Notes under the pieces: model-generated
What the model saw: only the letters and a program-made list of their open reading frames with translations
What the model was told of the DNA's origin: nothing
Databases searched by the model: none
Part shown: positions 63,990 through 64,000 of the stretch, one piece after another
How the letters are laid out: each line of letters opens with the position of its first letter
Position numbering within the stretch: the first letter of the stretch is position 1
Made by a program: the position numbers and the translations under genes
Origin: Haliotis cracherodii
Taxonomy: Eukaryota
Direction of reading: 5' to 3'
Assembly: GCF_022045235.1 (NCBI RefSeq)
Contig: NW_027266319.1
Coordinates: 37,634,001-37,698,000 of the forward strand
DNA length: 64,000 nucleotides

Positions 63990-64000
63990 CTGATGATATA

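Overview
Eukaryotic, intron-containing, AT-rich, repeat-dense DNA. The SINE families and gene content suggest a mollusc, probably a gastropod such as abalone (inference). The main content is a cluster of three paralogous receptor genes that the ORF track misses because they are split into short exons; I reconstructed them by hand from GT-AG splice sites. Gene B (minus, CDS 32006->19745) is complete: signal peptide, Cys-rich module, F-type (fucolectin-like) lectin domain, nine tandem 138-nt EGF-like exons (two with a dead AT donor), transmembrane helix, and a ~50-aa tail with three tyrosines in an ITAM-like YxxL-X12-Yxx[I/V] arrangement. Gene A (plus, 146-4982) and gene C (minus, 63989->58009) are 3' parts of paralogs. 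They have different EGF stalks and different tyrosine motifs (YEKC, YEHV+YAN, YEEI). The stalks show repeated tandem exon duplication and exon decay. The downstream regions of A and C share colinear inverted anchors that include decayed coding sequence of unknown identity. The rest is transposon relics (Tc1 DD34E, Sailor-like ~DD83E, piggyBac, a TTAA-flanked long-TIR element, LINEs, Penelope pieces with hammerhead-like motifs), four SINE families, MITEs and minisatellites. No CRISPR, rRNA or true tRNA genes were found.
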